64,000 nt of DNA, from contig DAOUHS010000149.1 of assembly GCA_034428415.1 (NCBI GenBank), positions 8,990 through 72,989 on the forward strand. Reading direction: 5' to 3'. The translations under genes were made by a program, and so were the position numbers. The notes under the pieces are model-generated. The model searched no databases, was not told where the DNA came from, and saw only the letters and a program-made list of their open reading frames with translations. Position 1 is the stretch's first letter. Each line of letters begins with the position of its first letter. Source of the DNA: Dehalococcoidia bacterium (GTDB taxonomy: Bacteria > Chloroflexota > Dehalococcoidia > Bin125). Shown here one piece after another: positions 29,298-39,922 of this stretch.

Positions 29298-31946
29298 CTA
29301 TCCAAGCTGCTCTCGGACCGCATCGGTCACTGCGGCCAACGCGTCGTCGAGCTTGTCGGCGTTGCGTCCGCCGGCCTGTGCCATGTCAGGCGCGCCACCG
29401 CCGCCGCCACCGGCGATACGGGCAATCCCGCCGATCAACTTGCCGGCGTTGACGCCTTCCTGGACTGCGCCCTCAGTCGCCATGGCGACGAACAGGGGCC
29501 GTTCGTTGGCCACCGCTCCCAGTACGATTACGCCGTCGCGGCCACTCTCCGTGATTCGTCGGCGTACCTCATCGCCGGCGCGCCGAAGAGCATCGGCAGA
29601 CTCAACAGCCACCACTCCCGCCGCAACCGCGACAGAGCCGACATTGACCGCGTTCGCGGCCAACACCTCGGCCAGGCTTGCGCCGGTCTTGGCCTCAACC
29701 GCCTCCAAACGACGCCTGAGTTCGGTCGCCTCCGCATGCATCTGCGCGATCCGAACGCCGGCGGTGTCAGGTGTGGCTCTGACCGAGGTCGCGATTTCCG
29801 CCAAGGCGTCGAGACGGGCGTCGGTCCAGGAAGAGGCGGCAGCCCCGGTGAGCGCCTCGATTCGGCGCAGACCCGCCCCGACGCTGCCTTCCGAGATGAT
29901 CTGGAACGCTCCGACAAACCCGGTCGCTGGCGCGTGGGTACCGCCGCACAACTCCTTGGAAAAACAGTCGTGGACGTGAGGCGCCGGATCGCAGATCTCG
30001 ACCACGCGGACATCAGTCTCGTACTTCTCACCGAAGATCGCCATCGCGCCGGTCTTGAGCGCGTCATCGTAGGACATCTCCGAGGTTGAGACGGGAATGT
30101 TGTCGCGGATGCGCTCCTGCACGAGTTGCTGGACGGTTCGCAGATCGGCGGGAGAGGGCGCCTCGGGTTGGGTGTAGTCGAAGCGCAGATGGTCGGGCGC
30201 GACCAGCGAACCCGCCTGACGCACGTGGTCACCAAGAACCTGGCGCAGCGCCGCATGGAGCAGGTGTGTGGCCGTGTGGTTGCGGGCCGCGTCGGCGCGG
30301 CGCGCTCGGCTCACAGCCGCGGACACACGACCGCCAACGGCGATGCCGCCCGAGGTCACACTGCCGATGTGCGCGATGACATCGCCGAAGCCGCGTGTGT
30401 CTTCGATGTCGACCTGCAAATCCTCGCCCCGCAGCCACCCGGCGTCGCCTACTTGTCCACCGCCCTCCGGGTAGAACGGCGTGCGATCGAGCACGACGCT
30501 CACATCCTCGCCAACCGAAGCGCGTGCAACGCGTTCTCCACCGGCGACGATCGCGACGATTTCTGCTTCCGACTCGATCGACTCATAGCCCGCAAATGCG
30601 GTTGCGACGTCTAACTCGGCGTACTGACTTGCCTCTTCGTCGTAGGCAAATGTTGCCTGCTGACGTGAGCGCTTGCGTTGCTCTTCGAGCGCCGCCTCAA
30701 ACTCGGCGCGCACGTGCTCCTCCTCGCCCAGGGCGCTCTGTTCTCGCGCCACCTCGGCAGTCACTTCGAACGGGAGACCATAGGTGTCGTAGAGTTCGAA
30801 CGCGTCGCGACCGCTGATCGTCTCTGCATCTAGTTCAGCGATCCGACTTTCGAGCAGCGCTCGACCGGTCGACAGGGTACGCCGGAATCGGTGCTCCTCT
30901 TGGTCCAGAACGTTTGCTAACAGGGACGAGTGTTCGTCGAGTTCCGGATACCAGGCGGCCATCACTTCTCGGACCCTGATAGCCAGGTCGGAAAGCAAGT
31001 CGTCCCGAATGCCGAGCGAGTCCGCCATGTAGAGCGCGCGACGAATCAGGCGGCGCAGGACGTATCCGCGACCCTCGTTGCCAGGGATCGCGCCGTCCGC
31101 GATTAGAAACGTCATCGCTCGGCCATGCTCGGCGACCACCCGCATCGCGCGTCGCTGTGATTCATCGGCGCTGTGATAGTCGAGATCGCAGCGAGCACCG
31201 ATGTAGTCGAGCAGCGGCACGAACAGGTCGGTGTCGTAGAGGTTGTCCTTGTCCTGGAGCATCATCGCCCAGCGCTCGAGACCGGCCCCGGTATCGATGC
31301 TCTGGGCCGGCAGGTCCTCCCTCGTGCCATCCTCGAACCTCGTCCACTGCATAAACACGAGATTCCAGATTTCGAGCCACTTCTCCTCAGCCTCGGCTGG
31401 GCCGGTGCCCTCGCGATAGCCAGGTCGCATGTCGTAGTGGAGCTCAGAGCAGGGCCCGCAAGGTCCAGTTGGGCCGGCAGCCCAGAAGTTTCCCTGATCG
31501 GCGCCGTAGCGGTAGATCTTCGAGTCGGGCAGACCGATCTTCTTCCATTGGTCATAGGCGAAGTCGTCGTTGGTGAAGACCGTAGCGACCAGGCGCTCGG
31601 GCGCAATCCCAATCACGTCCGTCACGAGTTCCCAGGCCCAGGCCTGGGCTTCGGCCTTGAAGTAATCGCCTAGCGAGAAATTGCCGAGCATCTCGAACAT
31701 GGTCAAATGCGATGCGTCGCCGACTTCGTCAATGTCGGTCGTGCGGAAGCATTTCTGGATCGACGTGAGCCGATGATGCGGCGGCTGCGCTTCGCCGAGG
31801 AAGTACGGCTTGAACGGCACCATGCCGGCACTCGTGAACAGCAAGGTGGGGTCGCCCGGCGCCGTCAACGGTGCCGACGCCACCGCTAGATGGTCTCGCT
31901 GCACGAAAAAGTCGGTGAAAGTCTGGCGAATTGTCTGTGCGTCCAT
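29298..31946 (-). CDS. alaS: Alanyl-tRNA synthetase
   Basis: Class II core, editing domain (HxxxH...CxxxH) and C-terminal DHHA1 domain; likely start at MDAQTIRQTFTDFF. Confidence 0.95.
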   Translation of the reverse strand: MDAQTIRQTFTDFFVQRDHLAVASAPLTAPGDPTLLFTSAGMVPFKPYFLGEAQPPHHRLTSIQKCFRTTDIDEVGDASHLTMFEMLGNFSLGDYFKAEAQAWAWELVTDVIGIAPERLVATVFTNDDFAYDQWKKIGLPDSKIYRYGADQGNFWAAGPTGPCGPCSELHYDMRPGYREGTGPAEAEEKWLEIWNLVFMQWTRFEDGTREDLPAQSIDTGAGLERWAMMLQDKDNLYDTDLFVPLLDYIGARCDLDYHSADESQRRAMRVVAEHGRAMTFLIADGAIPGNEGRGYVLRRLIRRALYMADSLGIRDDLLSDLAIRVREVMAAWYPELDEHSSLLANVLDQEEHRFRRTLSTGRALLESRIAELDAETISGRDAFELYDTYGLPFEVTAEVAREQSALGEEEHVRAEFEAALEEQRKRSRQQATFAYDEEASQYAELDVATAFAGYESIESEAEIVAIVAGGERVARASVGEDVSVVLDRTPFYPEGGGQVGDAGWLRGEDLQVDIEDTRGFGDVIAHIGSVTSGGIAVGGRVSAAVSRARRADAARNHTATHLLHAALRQVLGDHVRQAGSLVAPDHLRFDYTQPEAPSPADLRTVQQLVQERIRDNIPVSTSEMSYDDALKTGAMAIFGEKYETDVRVVEICDPAPHVHDCFSKELCGGTHAPATGFVGAFQIISEGSVGAGLRRIEALTGAAASSWTDARLDALAEIATSVRATPDTAGVRIAQMHAEATELRRRLEAVEAKTGASLAEVLAANAVNVGSVAVAAGVVAVESADALRRAGDEVRRRITESGRDGVIVLGAVANERPLFVAMATEGAVQEGVNAGKLIGGIARIAGGGGGGAPDMAQAGGRNADKLDDALAAVTDAVREQLG

Positions 31947-32143
31947 AGCTCGGCAGCCGCCTCTGGGAACTGTCTGCACACGGGAAAAAAACACGCCGCC
32001 CGCTGAGCGGCTCGCAGGATTCGAGTATACGCAGCATCGCTTCAGCCGAAGAAGGCTGGAACAACGGGCTATCGCAACGGTTGACAGTCCGTAAACTGGC
32101 TACCTAGCGTTATCACACCGGTCCGCTGGAATCGGAGCCCCGA

Positions 32144-33562
32144 TTGAGTTCCGACGACGATCCGCCAGAACCTGAGTCATTCCCGCAGATCACCGGCATT
32201 GTGCTGGCCGCGGGACGTGGCGAACGCCTGCGCTCAAACATACCCAAGCCCGCCTATCCCATCTGCGGCCGCGCGATGGTTGCCCACGTGCTTCACGCCC
32301 TCGCTGAAGCAGGAGTCCAGCGAGCAGTCGTCGTTGTGCCGCCAAGCGCAGCCGGGAACACCCTCCGGGAGGCCCTCGAGTTGGATTCAGGCTGTCTTGA
32401 GCTGACGTTCGCCGTTCAGGAGCGAACTCGCGGCACCGCGGACGCGGTTCTGTCTGCGCGGGAAATGGTGGGAACCTCACACGTGCTCGTGGTCAACGGA
32501 GACCTCGCATTGCTCACCGCCGAGCAGGTGCGGCCCATGATTCGCTCATCCAGTGCGGACGCGACCGTCGCGACTGCGGTGGTCGAGGACCCGGCCAAGA
32601 TGGGCCGGATCGTCCGCGACCGTAGCGGCAACTTGAGCAAGACCGTCGAGTGGCGCGACGCTTCGGAAGCGGAGCGCTGCGTCCGTGAAGTCAATGTCGG
32701 CATCTACCTGTTCCGCTCTGAGTTCCTCTGGCCGACGTTGCAGCATGTCCTGGAACGGACACCGGGCAGCGGAGAGGCCTACGCCACCGACGCCATTCCG
32801 GACGCGGTCGCACGGCAACGGGCCGGCGCCGTCGAGGTGCCGCTCAATGACGGCCGGCTGAACGTCGAGACGCCGTCCGACGCCGCGGCGGCCGAAGCGG
32901 TCATTCGCTCTCGCATCCTCAACCGACTGCTTGACTCGGGCGTTCACATTCGCGATCGACTCGCGACCTGGGTTGACGCTCGGGCCGAGATCGAGCCAGG
33001 CGTCGCCATCGAACCGGGGACCCACATTCGAGGGCGAAGCGTCATCGCCGAAGGCTCCCGAATCGGTCCGAACGCGATCATTGAGGACGCGACGATCGGC
33101 AGGAACTGCGTTGTCGAGTCCTGTACGATTCGCGGCTCCAGGCTGCGCGATTCCGTGGAAGTCGGTCCGTACTCAACGATTCGCCCCGGTTGTGAGATCG
33201 AGTCGCATGTCCATATCGGCACTCATGCCGAACTTAAGCAAGCGCGCATTCGCGAGGGGGTCCAAATCGGTCACTTCAGCTATATCGGCGACGCGGACGT
33301 GGGAGTGCGAACAAACATCGGCGCCGGCGCGATCACGTGCAACTACGACGGCGAATCAAAACACCGGACGACCATCGGCGAAGACGCGTTCATCGGCTGC
33401 GACACGATGCTGGTCGCGCCGCTCAACGTCGGCGATCGCGCCCGGACCGGCGCCGGTTCTGTGGTCACCAAGGACGTGCCCGCGGATGGCCTTGCGGTCG
33501 GCCATCCTGCGAGATTGACGCCCTCTCGTCGCGCGCAGCGTGAAACGGAACCGAAGCCATGA
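32144..33562 (+). CDS. glmU: Bifunctional UDP-N-acetylglucosamine pyrophosphorylase / glucosamine-1-phosphate N-acetyltransferase
   Basis: N-terminal LAAGRGERL nucleotidyltransferase motif and C-terminal left-handed beta-helix hexapeptide repeats. Confidence 0.9.
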   Translation: MSSDDDPPEPESFPQITGIVLAAGRGERLRSNIPKPAYPICGRAMVAHVLHALAEAGVQRAVVVVPPSAAGNTLREALELDSGCLELTFAVQERTRGTADAVLSAREMVGTSHVLVVNGDLALLTAEQVRPMIRSSSADATVATAVVEDPAKMGRIVRDRSGNLSKTVEWRDASEAERCVREVNVGIYLFRSEFLWPTLQHVLERTPGSGEAYATDAIPDAVARQRAGAVEVPLNDGRLNVETPSDAAAAEAVIRSRILNRLLDSGVHIRDRLATWVDARAEIEPGVAIEPGTHIRGRSVIAEGSRIGPNAIIEDATIGRNCVVESCTIRGSRLRDSVEVGPYSTIRPGCEIESHVHIGTHAELKQARIREGVQIGHFSYIGDADVGVRTNIGAGAITCNYDGESKHRTTIGEDAFIGCDTMLVAPLNVGDRARTGAGSVVTKDVPADGLAVGHPARLTPSRRAQRETEPKP

Positions 33563-34842
33563 GCGATGGCTCACTTGTCGCGCTCGTCATTCTGATCCTC
33601 GCCGTCACCTTGCTGACGCTGGAGGCGATCGCCGAGGCTGGCGTGATCTCACTCTCGCGCTCCCGAGCGCGCTTGCTGGCCAGTCGACAGCCCGATAGCC
33701 GTCGCGCGCGGCGGCTGACGGAGATTACTACCGATCGCGAGCGAGCGCTCGGATCGTTTGCCGTCGGACGGACCGTAGCCGTCGCCTGCGGGTTCACGGC
33801 CATTTTCTACATCGTCATCCGCGAGACGGGATTCCAGTGGCAATCGCTGGTCTACACGGGACTCGCTTCGGCCTTTGTCGCGGCCCTCATTCATTCCGTA
33901 CCGAGACGGCTCGCGGCAACCTGGCCCGAAGGCTTCGCGATGAACTTCGTGCCCGCAATCGATTTGCTCGACGCGGTTTTTCTCTGGCCGGCAGCGCTGT
34001 TAGAGGCGCCCGCTCGGCTTGTGACCGGGCTCGGGCGTCGGCACACCGAAGTCGCTCCTCAACCCACGGACATCGAAGTACTGATCGAAGAAGAGAGCGA
34101 AACCATCGCCGAGGACGAGCGTGAGATGATAAGGGGCGTTATGTCCATCGGAGATCGGATCGTCCGCGAAGCAATGACGCCGCGCCCCGATGTCGCCGCG
34201 CTGCCGGCCGTCACCAGTCTGACCGACGCGGTCAACTTTCTGCTCCAACACGGTTACTCCCGTGTGCCTATTTTCGAGGACTCGATTGACAACATTACCG
34301 GCATCGTCTACGCGAAAGATCTGATGGCGGAAATCCTCAAGGAAGAAGATGAACGCACCATTTCGGAAATCGGACGCGAGCCGATCTTCGTTCCGGAGTC
34401 GAAACTGATTGACGATCTCTTGCACGAGTTGCGCGGCTCGCGTGTGCATATGGCGATCGTGCTGGACGAATATGGCGGCACCGCAGGTCTGATCACGCTG
34501 GAAGATGTGCTTGAAGAGATCGTCGGCGAGATTGCCGACGAATACGACCCGGCCGGCGCCGATGACGAGGGCGCTCGCATGGTCGATGGCGCGCTGCTTC
34601 TCGACGGGCGCGCGCCCCTCGCAGCGCTCGAGCAGATTGGCGGACACATCGAAGCCGCCGACTATGACACCGTTGCCGGTCTCGTGTTCGATCGGCTGGG
34701 ACGCATCCCCGAGGTCGGGGACGAAGTGCGATTGGGCACGCTTTCCGTCTTCGTCGAGCGCATGAACGGGCGACGTGTGATACAAATGCGCGCTGTAACC
34801 CATGAGTCAGCGCCGGCTGACAGCAAGGCGTTATCGCACTAA
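33559..34842 (+). CDS. CNNM/HlyC-CorC family membrane protein (DUF21-CBS pair-CorC_HlyC)
   Basis: N-terminal TM DUF21 region, two CBS motifs, and a C-terminal CorC/HlyC transporter-associated domain. Confidence 0.8.
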   Translation: MSDGSLVALVILILAVTLLTLEAIAEAGVISLSRSRARLLASRQPDSRRARRLTEITTDRERALGSFAVGRTVAVACGFTAIFYIVIRETGFQWQSLVYTGLASAFVAALIHSVPRRLAATWPEGFAMNFVPAIDLLDAVFLWPAALLEAPARLVTGLGRRHTEVAPQPTDIEVLIEEESETIAEDEREMIRGVMSIGDRIVREAMTPRPDVAALPAVTSLTDAVNFLLQHGYSRVPIFEDSIDNITGIVYAKDLMAEILKEEDERTISEIGREPIFVPESKLIDDLLHELRGSRVHMAIVLDEYGGTAGLITLEDVLEEIVGEIADEYDPAGADDEGARMVDGALLLDGRAPLAALEQIGGHIEAADYDTVAGLVFDRLGRIPEVGDEVRLGTLSVFVERMNGRRVIQMRAVTHESAPADSKALSH

Positions 34843-34853
34843 CGTGAGCGGTC

Positions 34854-35963
34854 GTGTCGCAAAACTCCGAAAATCGTCTGTCCGACGTTGCCTTCCGAGT
34901 GGCGTTTTCGCACGTGGCCGGCATCGGACCGGCCCGTTTGCATGCGCTGGAGCGCTTCTTTGAGGCTCTCGAAGAAGCCTGGGGCGCAGATCGATCGGCC
35001 TTACGCGAAGCAGGACTGGATCAGCGCACGATTGAGGAACTGGAAACCACGAGAGCCACGCTCGATCCGCAGGAGGCGTTCCTGCGCATGCAAGAGTCCG
35101 GGATCGCGGCGCTGACTCCGGACGCCCTCGGTTACCCGCGCCGCCTGCGGGAAATCACCGATCCGCCACCGTTGCTCTATGTGCGCGGCGACCTGCTCGA
35201 TCGTGATGAGTGGTCCCTGGCGATCGTCGGCACTCGCCGTCCAACGCGGTATGGGGTCCAGGTTACGCGCACCCTGACGGCGGAACTTGCCAATTCCGGA
35301 TTGACGATCGTTTCCGGGCTTGCCCGAGGCGTAGATGGCATCGCACACGAGATCACGCTCGAACAGGGCGGCCGAACCATCGCCGTGGTGGCCAGTGGTC
35401 TCGACCGTGTGTATCCGCCTGAGCACAAACGACTGGCCTCCCGAATACTTGAGAGCGGCGGCGCCCTGCTAAGCGAATACCCGATCGGGGCCCGGCCTGA
35501 CGCCCGGCATTTCCCGCGTCGCAACCGGATCATCGCGGGAATCACGCTGGGCACGTTGGTCACCGAGGCCGGCGAAAAGTCGGGCACCTGGCATACCGTG
35601 ACCTCGGCACTCGATCAGGGGCGCGAGGTGTTCGCGGTACCGGGTCCAATCACTTCGAAACAATCCGCAGGCGCCAACAACGTCATCAAGCGAGGTCTGG
35701 GTAAGCTCGTGTCTTGTGCACAGGACGTTGTCGAGGAACTCAACCTGGGACCGATCGAGCGCCAGGCGCAGTTGGCGGAACAGCTCCCCGAGGATCCGGC
35801 TGAGGCCGCCCTGCTCGAGCGCATCGGCGACGAGCCGATTCACGTCGACGAACTCTCCCGGCTCCTAAAGCAGCCGGTGCACGAAACCGCGGCCGCGATG
35901 GCCACTCTCGAACTCAAAGGCCTCATCCACCAGGTAGGACCGATGACCTATGCCCGACGCTAA
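34854..35963 (+). CDS. dprA: DNA processing protein DprA (Smf)
   Basis: Rossmann-like DprA core (LAIVGTRRPTRYG...SGLARGVDGIAHE); classic dprA-topA linkage. Confidence 0.9.
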   Translation: MSQNSENRLSDVAFRVAFSHVAGIGPARLHALERFFEALEEAWGADRSALREAGLDQRTIEELETTRATLDPQEAFLRMQESGIAALTPDALGYPRRLREITDPPPLLYVRGDLLDRDEWSLAIVGTRRPTRYGVQVTRTLTAELANSGLTIVSGLARGVDGIAHEITLEQGGRTIAVVASGLDRVYPPEHKRLASRILESGGALLSEYPIGARPDARHFPRRNRIIAGITLGTLVTEAGEKSGTWHTVTSALDQGREVFAVPGPITSKQSAGANNVIKRGLGKLVSCAQDVVEELNLGPIERQAQLAEQLPEDPAEAALLERIGDEPIHVDELSRLLKQPVHETAAAMATLELKGLIHQVGPMTYARR

Positions 35964-38454
35964 CGCCGCAGGTTCAGACGCCGGTTCAGACGCGAGGAAG
36001 ACGCTGGTCATCGTCGAATCAGGGGCCAAAGCGGATACGATTTCCCGCTTCCTGGACGACGATTATCTCGTCACAGCTTGTTTCGGACATGTTCGTGATC
36101 TGCCGCGACGCGCCGCGGAACGTCCCGCCAAGATCAAGGGTCAGCCCTGGGCCGATCTCGCTGTGGATGTCGATCATGGATTCCAGCCCTACTACATCGT
36201 GCCTGGCGAATCGAAGAAACACGTCACCCGCCTGCGCAAGGAACTGAAGCAAGTAGATCGAGTACTGCTGGCCACGGACGAGGACCGCGAGGGCGAGTCG
36301 ATTGGCTGGCACCTCGTCGAAGTGCTGAAACCGAAGGTGCCGTACGAACGCATCGTGTTTCACGAGATCACGCCATCGGCCATCGAACGAGCCCTCGAAT
36401 CGCCACGTGGCATCGACCAGCATCTCGTCGAAGCGCAGGAGTCGCGACGCATCCTCGATAGGTTGTACGGCTACTCGCTCAGCCCGGTGCTCTGGCGCAA
36501 GTTGGGCCAAGGCACCTCGGCCGGCCGTGTGCAGAGCGTTGCGCTGCGCTTCCTGGTTGAGCGGGAACGCGAGCGGATGGGCTTCGTCACGGCCGAGTAC
36601 TGGGGAGCGAACGGCGATTTCGAGAGCGGCGGAAACCAGCTCAGCGCTCGGCTCCACACACTTGGCGGAGTGGAGCTTGCAAGCCAGACCTCCGACTTCG
36701 ATCCCGCCACCGGACTGCTCGCAGCGCTCGACAAGCGCTGGGAGACAGAGGAATCGCTCGAGGGTCTGCGCCAACCTCTGCTGAACGCAGAATGGGTCGT
36801 GCATGCAGTCAACAAGACTCAGGCGAGCATCCGTCCGGCAGCGCCGTTTACGACCTCAACCATGCAACAGGCCGCTTCGAATCGGCTCGGCATGGGGGCC
36901 GCACGGGCCATGGCCGCGGCCCAACGGCTCTACCAGGGAATTGACCTCGGCGCGGAGCGCGTCGGGTTGATCACCTACATGCGCACTGACTCGGTCACGC
37001 TCTCCAACCAGGCTCTAGCTCAGGCAGCTGAATTCATCAAGTCAACCTACGGGGACGACTACCACCAGTTCCGCACCTATAAGACGCGGTCCCGAAATGC
37101 GCAGGAGGCTCACGAAGCGATCCGGCCAACCGACATCTCTCGAACTCCGCAGTCCCTGCGCGGCATCCTCGACGGCGACGACCTGGCGCTCTACGACCTG
37201 ATCTGGCGGCGGGCTGTCGCTTGTCAGATGGCCGACGCCCGGGTTGAACGCACTCGCATCGAGCTGCTGGCTGCGCTCCCCGACCGTCCGGCCGATGACC
37301 CGGCCGTCATGATCGCCAACGGACAGGTCGTCCTCTTCCCCGGCTGGTACGAGGTCCTTCCCCCACGCGGCGACGGACAGCAGCTGTTGCCCGATGTGTC
37401 CGAAAGGGCGTTAACGAAGCTGGTCAACTTCGAGCCGAAACGCAGCGAGTCTCAGCCGCCGCCCCGCTATACCGAGGCCTCGCTGGTCAAGAAGCTCGAG
37501 GACGACGGACTTGGTCGACCCAGCACCTACGCCGCGATCATCAAGACGCTCACCGATCGCAACTACGTCAGCCGCAACGGCCGAACGCTGATCCCCACCT
37601 TCCTCGGCTTCGGCGTCACCGACCTGCTCACCCAACACTTCGCCGACCTCGTCAACGCAGAGTTCACCGCCGACATGGAAGACACCCTCGACCAGATCGC
37701 GCGTGGCGAGGCTCGTGCTGAGGCGCATTTGCACGCCTTCTATTTCGGTGATGACGACGCCGAGAACGGACTCAAAGGGCGCGTGGCGGAGAAGATCGAG
37801 ACGATCCCATTCTGGGCGCTCGATCTGACTGAAGACGGACTCGCCCTCAATCTCGACGCTGACGATCAGGTCGGTCACGACGATGTGCAGGTCCGCATTC
37901 GAGGCGGTTCGTCGTTCCTCCGCCGCGGCGTCGGCGACAACATGCGCACCGCGCCGCTGCCGCCGGATCTCGCACCTGCCGACCTGACCCTGGGCGCTGC
38001 TGACGAGCTACTGGAGACGACGCTCCAGTTGCCGCGCAAGCTGGGCCATCATCCCGACTATGAAGATGACGTCTGGCTGCTCAACGGCCGATTCGGTCCG
38101 TTCGTCCAGGTTGGAGAGACAGTGGGCCGGCCCAGGAAGGGGCAACCCAAACCCCGCCGTGCTTCCGTGCCCAAGGCCATGGAACTATCGGACGTCAACC
38201 TGGAGCACGCCATCGACTGGCTGCGCTGGCCGAAGGCCCTTGGTATTCATCCTGAGTCAGGCGAAGAGGTCAGCGTCAGGCCGGGTCGCTACGGCCCATA
38301 TGTCCAGAGCGGCGACGAGCGCCGGAATCTGAAGCCAGAGGACGACCTCGAGACGATCGAGCTTGCTCGGGCGCTAGAGCTGCTGACCGAGCCCAAACCT
38401 CAGCGCCGAGGGCGCGGGCGTTCCGGTCAACGTCGCGGGCGGCGACGATCCTGA
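35950..38454 (+). CDS. topA: DNA topoisomerase I
   Basis: TOPRIM N-terminus (LVIVESGAKA), a type IA topoisomerase core, and a basic C-terminal tail. Confidence 0.95.
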   Translation: MPDANAAGSDAGSDARKTLVIVESGAKADTISRFLDDDYLVTACFGHVRDLPRRAAERPAKIKGQPWADLAVDVDHGFQPYYIVPGESKKHVTRLRKELKQVDRVLLATDEDREGESIGWHLVEVLKPKVPYERIVFHEITPSAIERALESPRGIDQHLVEAQESRRILDRLYGYSLSPVLWRKLGQGTSAGRVQSVALRFLVERERERMGFVTAEYWGANGDFESGGNQLSARLHTLGGVELASQTSDFDPATGLLAALDKRWETEESLEGLRQPLLNAEWVVHAVNKTQASIRPAAPFTTSTMQQAASNRLGMGAARAMAAAQRLYQGIDLGAERVGLITYMRTDSVTLSNQALAQAAEFIKSTYGDDYHQFRTYKTRSRNAQEAHEAIRPTDISRTPQSLRGILDGDDLALYDLIWRRAVACQMADARVERTRIELLAALPDRPADDPAVMIANGQVVLFPGWYEVLPPRGDGQQLLPDVSERALTKLVNFEPKRSESQPPPRYTEASLVKKLEDDGLGRPSTYAAIIKTLTDRNYVSRNGRTLIPTFLGFGVTDLLTQHFADLVNAEFTADMEDTLDQIARGEARAEAHLHAFYFGDDDAENGLKGRVAEKIETIPFWALDLTEDGLALNLDADDQVGHDDVQVRIRGGSSFLRRGVGDNMRTAPLPPDLAPADLTLGAADELLETTLQLPRKLGHHPDYEDDVWLLNGRFGPFVQVGETVGRPRKGQPKPRRASVPKAMELSDVNLEHAIDWLRWPKALGIHPESGEEVSVRPGRYGPYVQSGDERRNLKPEDDLETIELARALELLTEPKPQRRGRGRSGQRRGRRRS

Positions 38455-38483
38455 TCGGCTCCTGATCATCCTAGAGTGGCGTC

Positions 38484-39443
38484 GTGAGCATCGGGACTAT
38501 ATCGCAGCAACATCAGGACTCGCTCGAACGCTATCTCTCGTTGCTCGAACATGGACGCGGCCTTTCACCGAACACCATTCGCAACTATCGCTCCGACATC
38601 GCCAGTTTCTTGCTCTGGCTGGAGGAGTGCGAAACCGACCTCGCGAATCTCGGCCGCGGCGACTACCGCGAATATCTTGCCAATCTGCAGGCGGATGGCG
38701 TCGCAGAAGCATCTGTGCGACGACGGGCATCGACGATTCGTTCGTTCACCCGACATCTGACTCGGACCAATGAGCTCGGACGTGACCCGCTCGTGCTGGC
38801 GGCGACGCCCAAGACCACTTCACGTCTGCCAGGCATCCTGAGCGAACAGCAGGTAGACGCATTGCTCGCTGGGCCGGATACTTCGACACCCACTGGGCTG
38901 CGCGATCGCGCAATCCTTGAGGTCTTGTATGGAGCCGGCCTCCGAGTCTCCGAGTTGTGCAGCATGCGCACCACGGACTACGACGCGGATCACAATGCGT
39001 TCATTGTGCGGGGCAAGGGCGACAAGGAACGGGTCACGCTCGTGGGTCGTCCGGCGCATCACTGGTCGGGTCGCTATCTGCGCGACGGACGACCGTCGTT
39101 GCGGTCCCCAAAGACCGAAGACTGGCTCTGGCTGAATCGATTCGGCGGCGCGCTCTCAGCCCGTGCCGTGCAGCTAAGCGTCGGACGATATGCCGAACGG
39201 GCCGGCCTGCCGAAAGACGTGCATCCGCATCTGTTGCGACACTCATTCGCCACTCATATGCTCGATGGAGGCGCCGACGTTCGCGTGGTCCAGGAACTGC
39301 TCGGTCACTCCTCCGTGTCCACGACGCAGATCTACACCCACGTGAGCGACGCTGCCCGCCGCGACACCGTGGAGCACGCGCTGGACGGGATCGCGGACCT
39401 CCTCCGCGAACGACGCAGCCGAGATGGGGACGACCAGCCATGA
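38484..39443 (+). CDS. xerC: Tyrosine recombinase XerC/XerD
   Basis: The R..HxxR..Y catalytic signature (LRHSFATHMLDGGADVRVVQELLGHSSVSTTQIYTHV). Confidence 0.85.
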   Translation: MSIGTISQQHQDSLERYLSLLEHGRGLSPNTIRNYRSDIASFLLWLEECETDLANLGRGDYREYLANLQADGVAEASVRRRASTIRSFTRHLTRTNELGRDPLVLAATPKTTSRLPGILSEQQVDALLAGPDTSTPTGLRDRAILEVLYGAGLRVSELCSMRTTDYDADHNAFIVRGKGDKERVTLVGRPAHHWSGRYLRDGRPSLRSPKTEDWLWLNRFGGALSARAVQLSVGRYAERAGLPKDVHPHLLRHSFATHMLDGGADVRVVQELLGHSSVSTTQIYTHVSDAARRDTVEHALDGIADLLRERRSRDGDDQP

Positions 39444-39922
39444 AAGTCCTGCTCATTTCGGGTCCCAATCTGAACATCCTCGGTCAGCGGCAGCCCGAGA
39501 TCTACGGCTCCCAGACCCTGGCCGATATCGAAGACCTGGTCGGCAAGCGCGCCAAGGAGTGGGGCGTCACTATTCGCCCCTATCAGTCCAATCACGAGGG
39601 CGCGATCATTGACTTCATCCAACAGGAGCGCTCGGCCGAAGGCCTGATTATCAATCCGGGTGCCTTGTCACACTACGGATACTCGCTGCGCGACGCCCTC
39701 GAAGCGTTCCCTGGCGGCAAGATGGAGGTTCATCTTTCCAACGTCCACGCGAGAGAAGAGTTTCGCCACAACTTGGTCACCGCGCCGATCATGGACGGCG
39801 TTGTGGCCGGACTCGGCTGGCGCGGCTATCTCGCAGCGCTCGACGCCCTAGTCCCGATGCTCCAGGAACGCCAGGGACGCAACGCCGGCTCGCCGGACTC
39901 GAGCGCCGCCTCAGACACATGA
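39440..39922 (+). CDS. aroQ: 3-dehydroquinate dehydratase, type II
   Basis: MKVLLISGPNLNILGQR...HLSNVHAREEFR signature. Start overlaps the xerC stop (ATGA); coordinates taken from the ORF-track frame. Confidence 0.9.
   Translation: MKVLLISGPNLNILGQRQPEIYGSQTLADIEDLVGKRAKEWGVTIRPYQSNHEGAIIDFIQQERSAEGLIINPGALSHYGYSLRDALEAFPGGKMEVHLSNVHAREEFRHNLVTAPIMDGVVAGLGWRGYLAALDALVPMLQERQGRNAGSPDSSAASDT

Noticed and set aside
29149-30256. Several 240-310-aa ORFs in both orientations inside alaS
   Set aside because: They overlap alaS in alternative or antisense frames. Arg/Ala/Pro-rich translations are typical of GC-rich noise.
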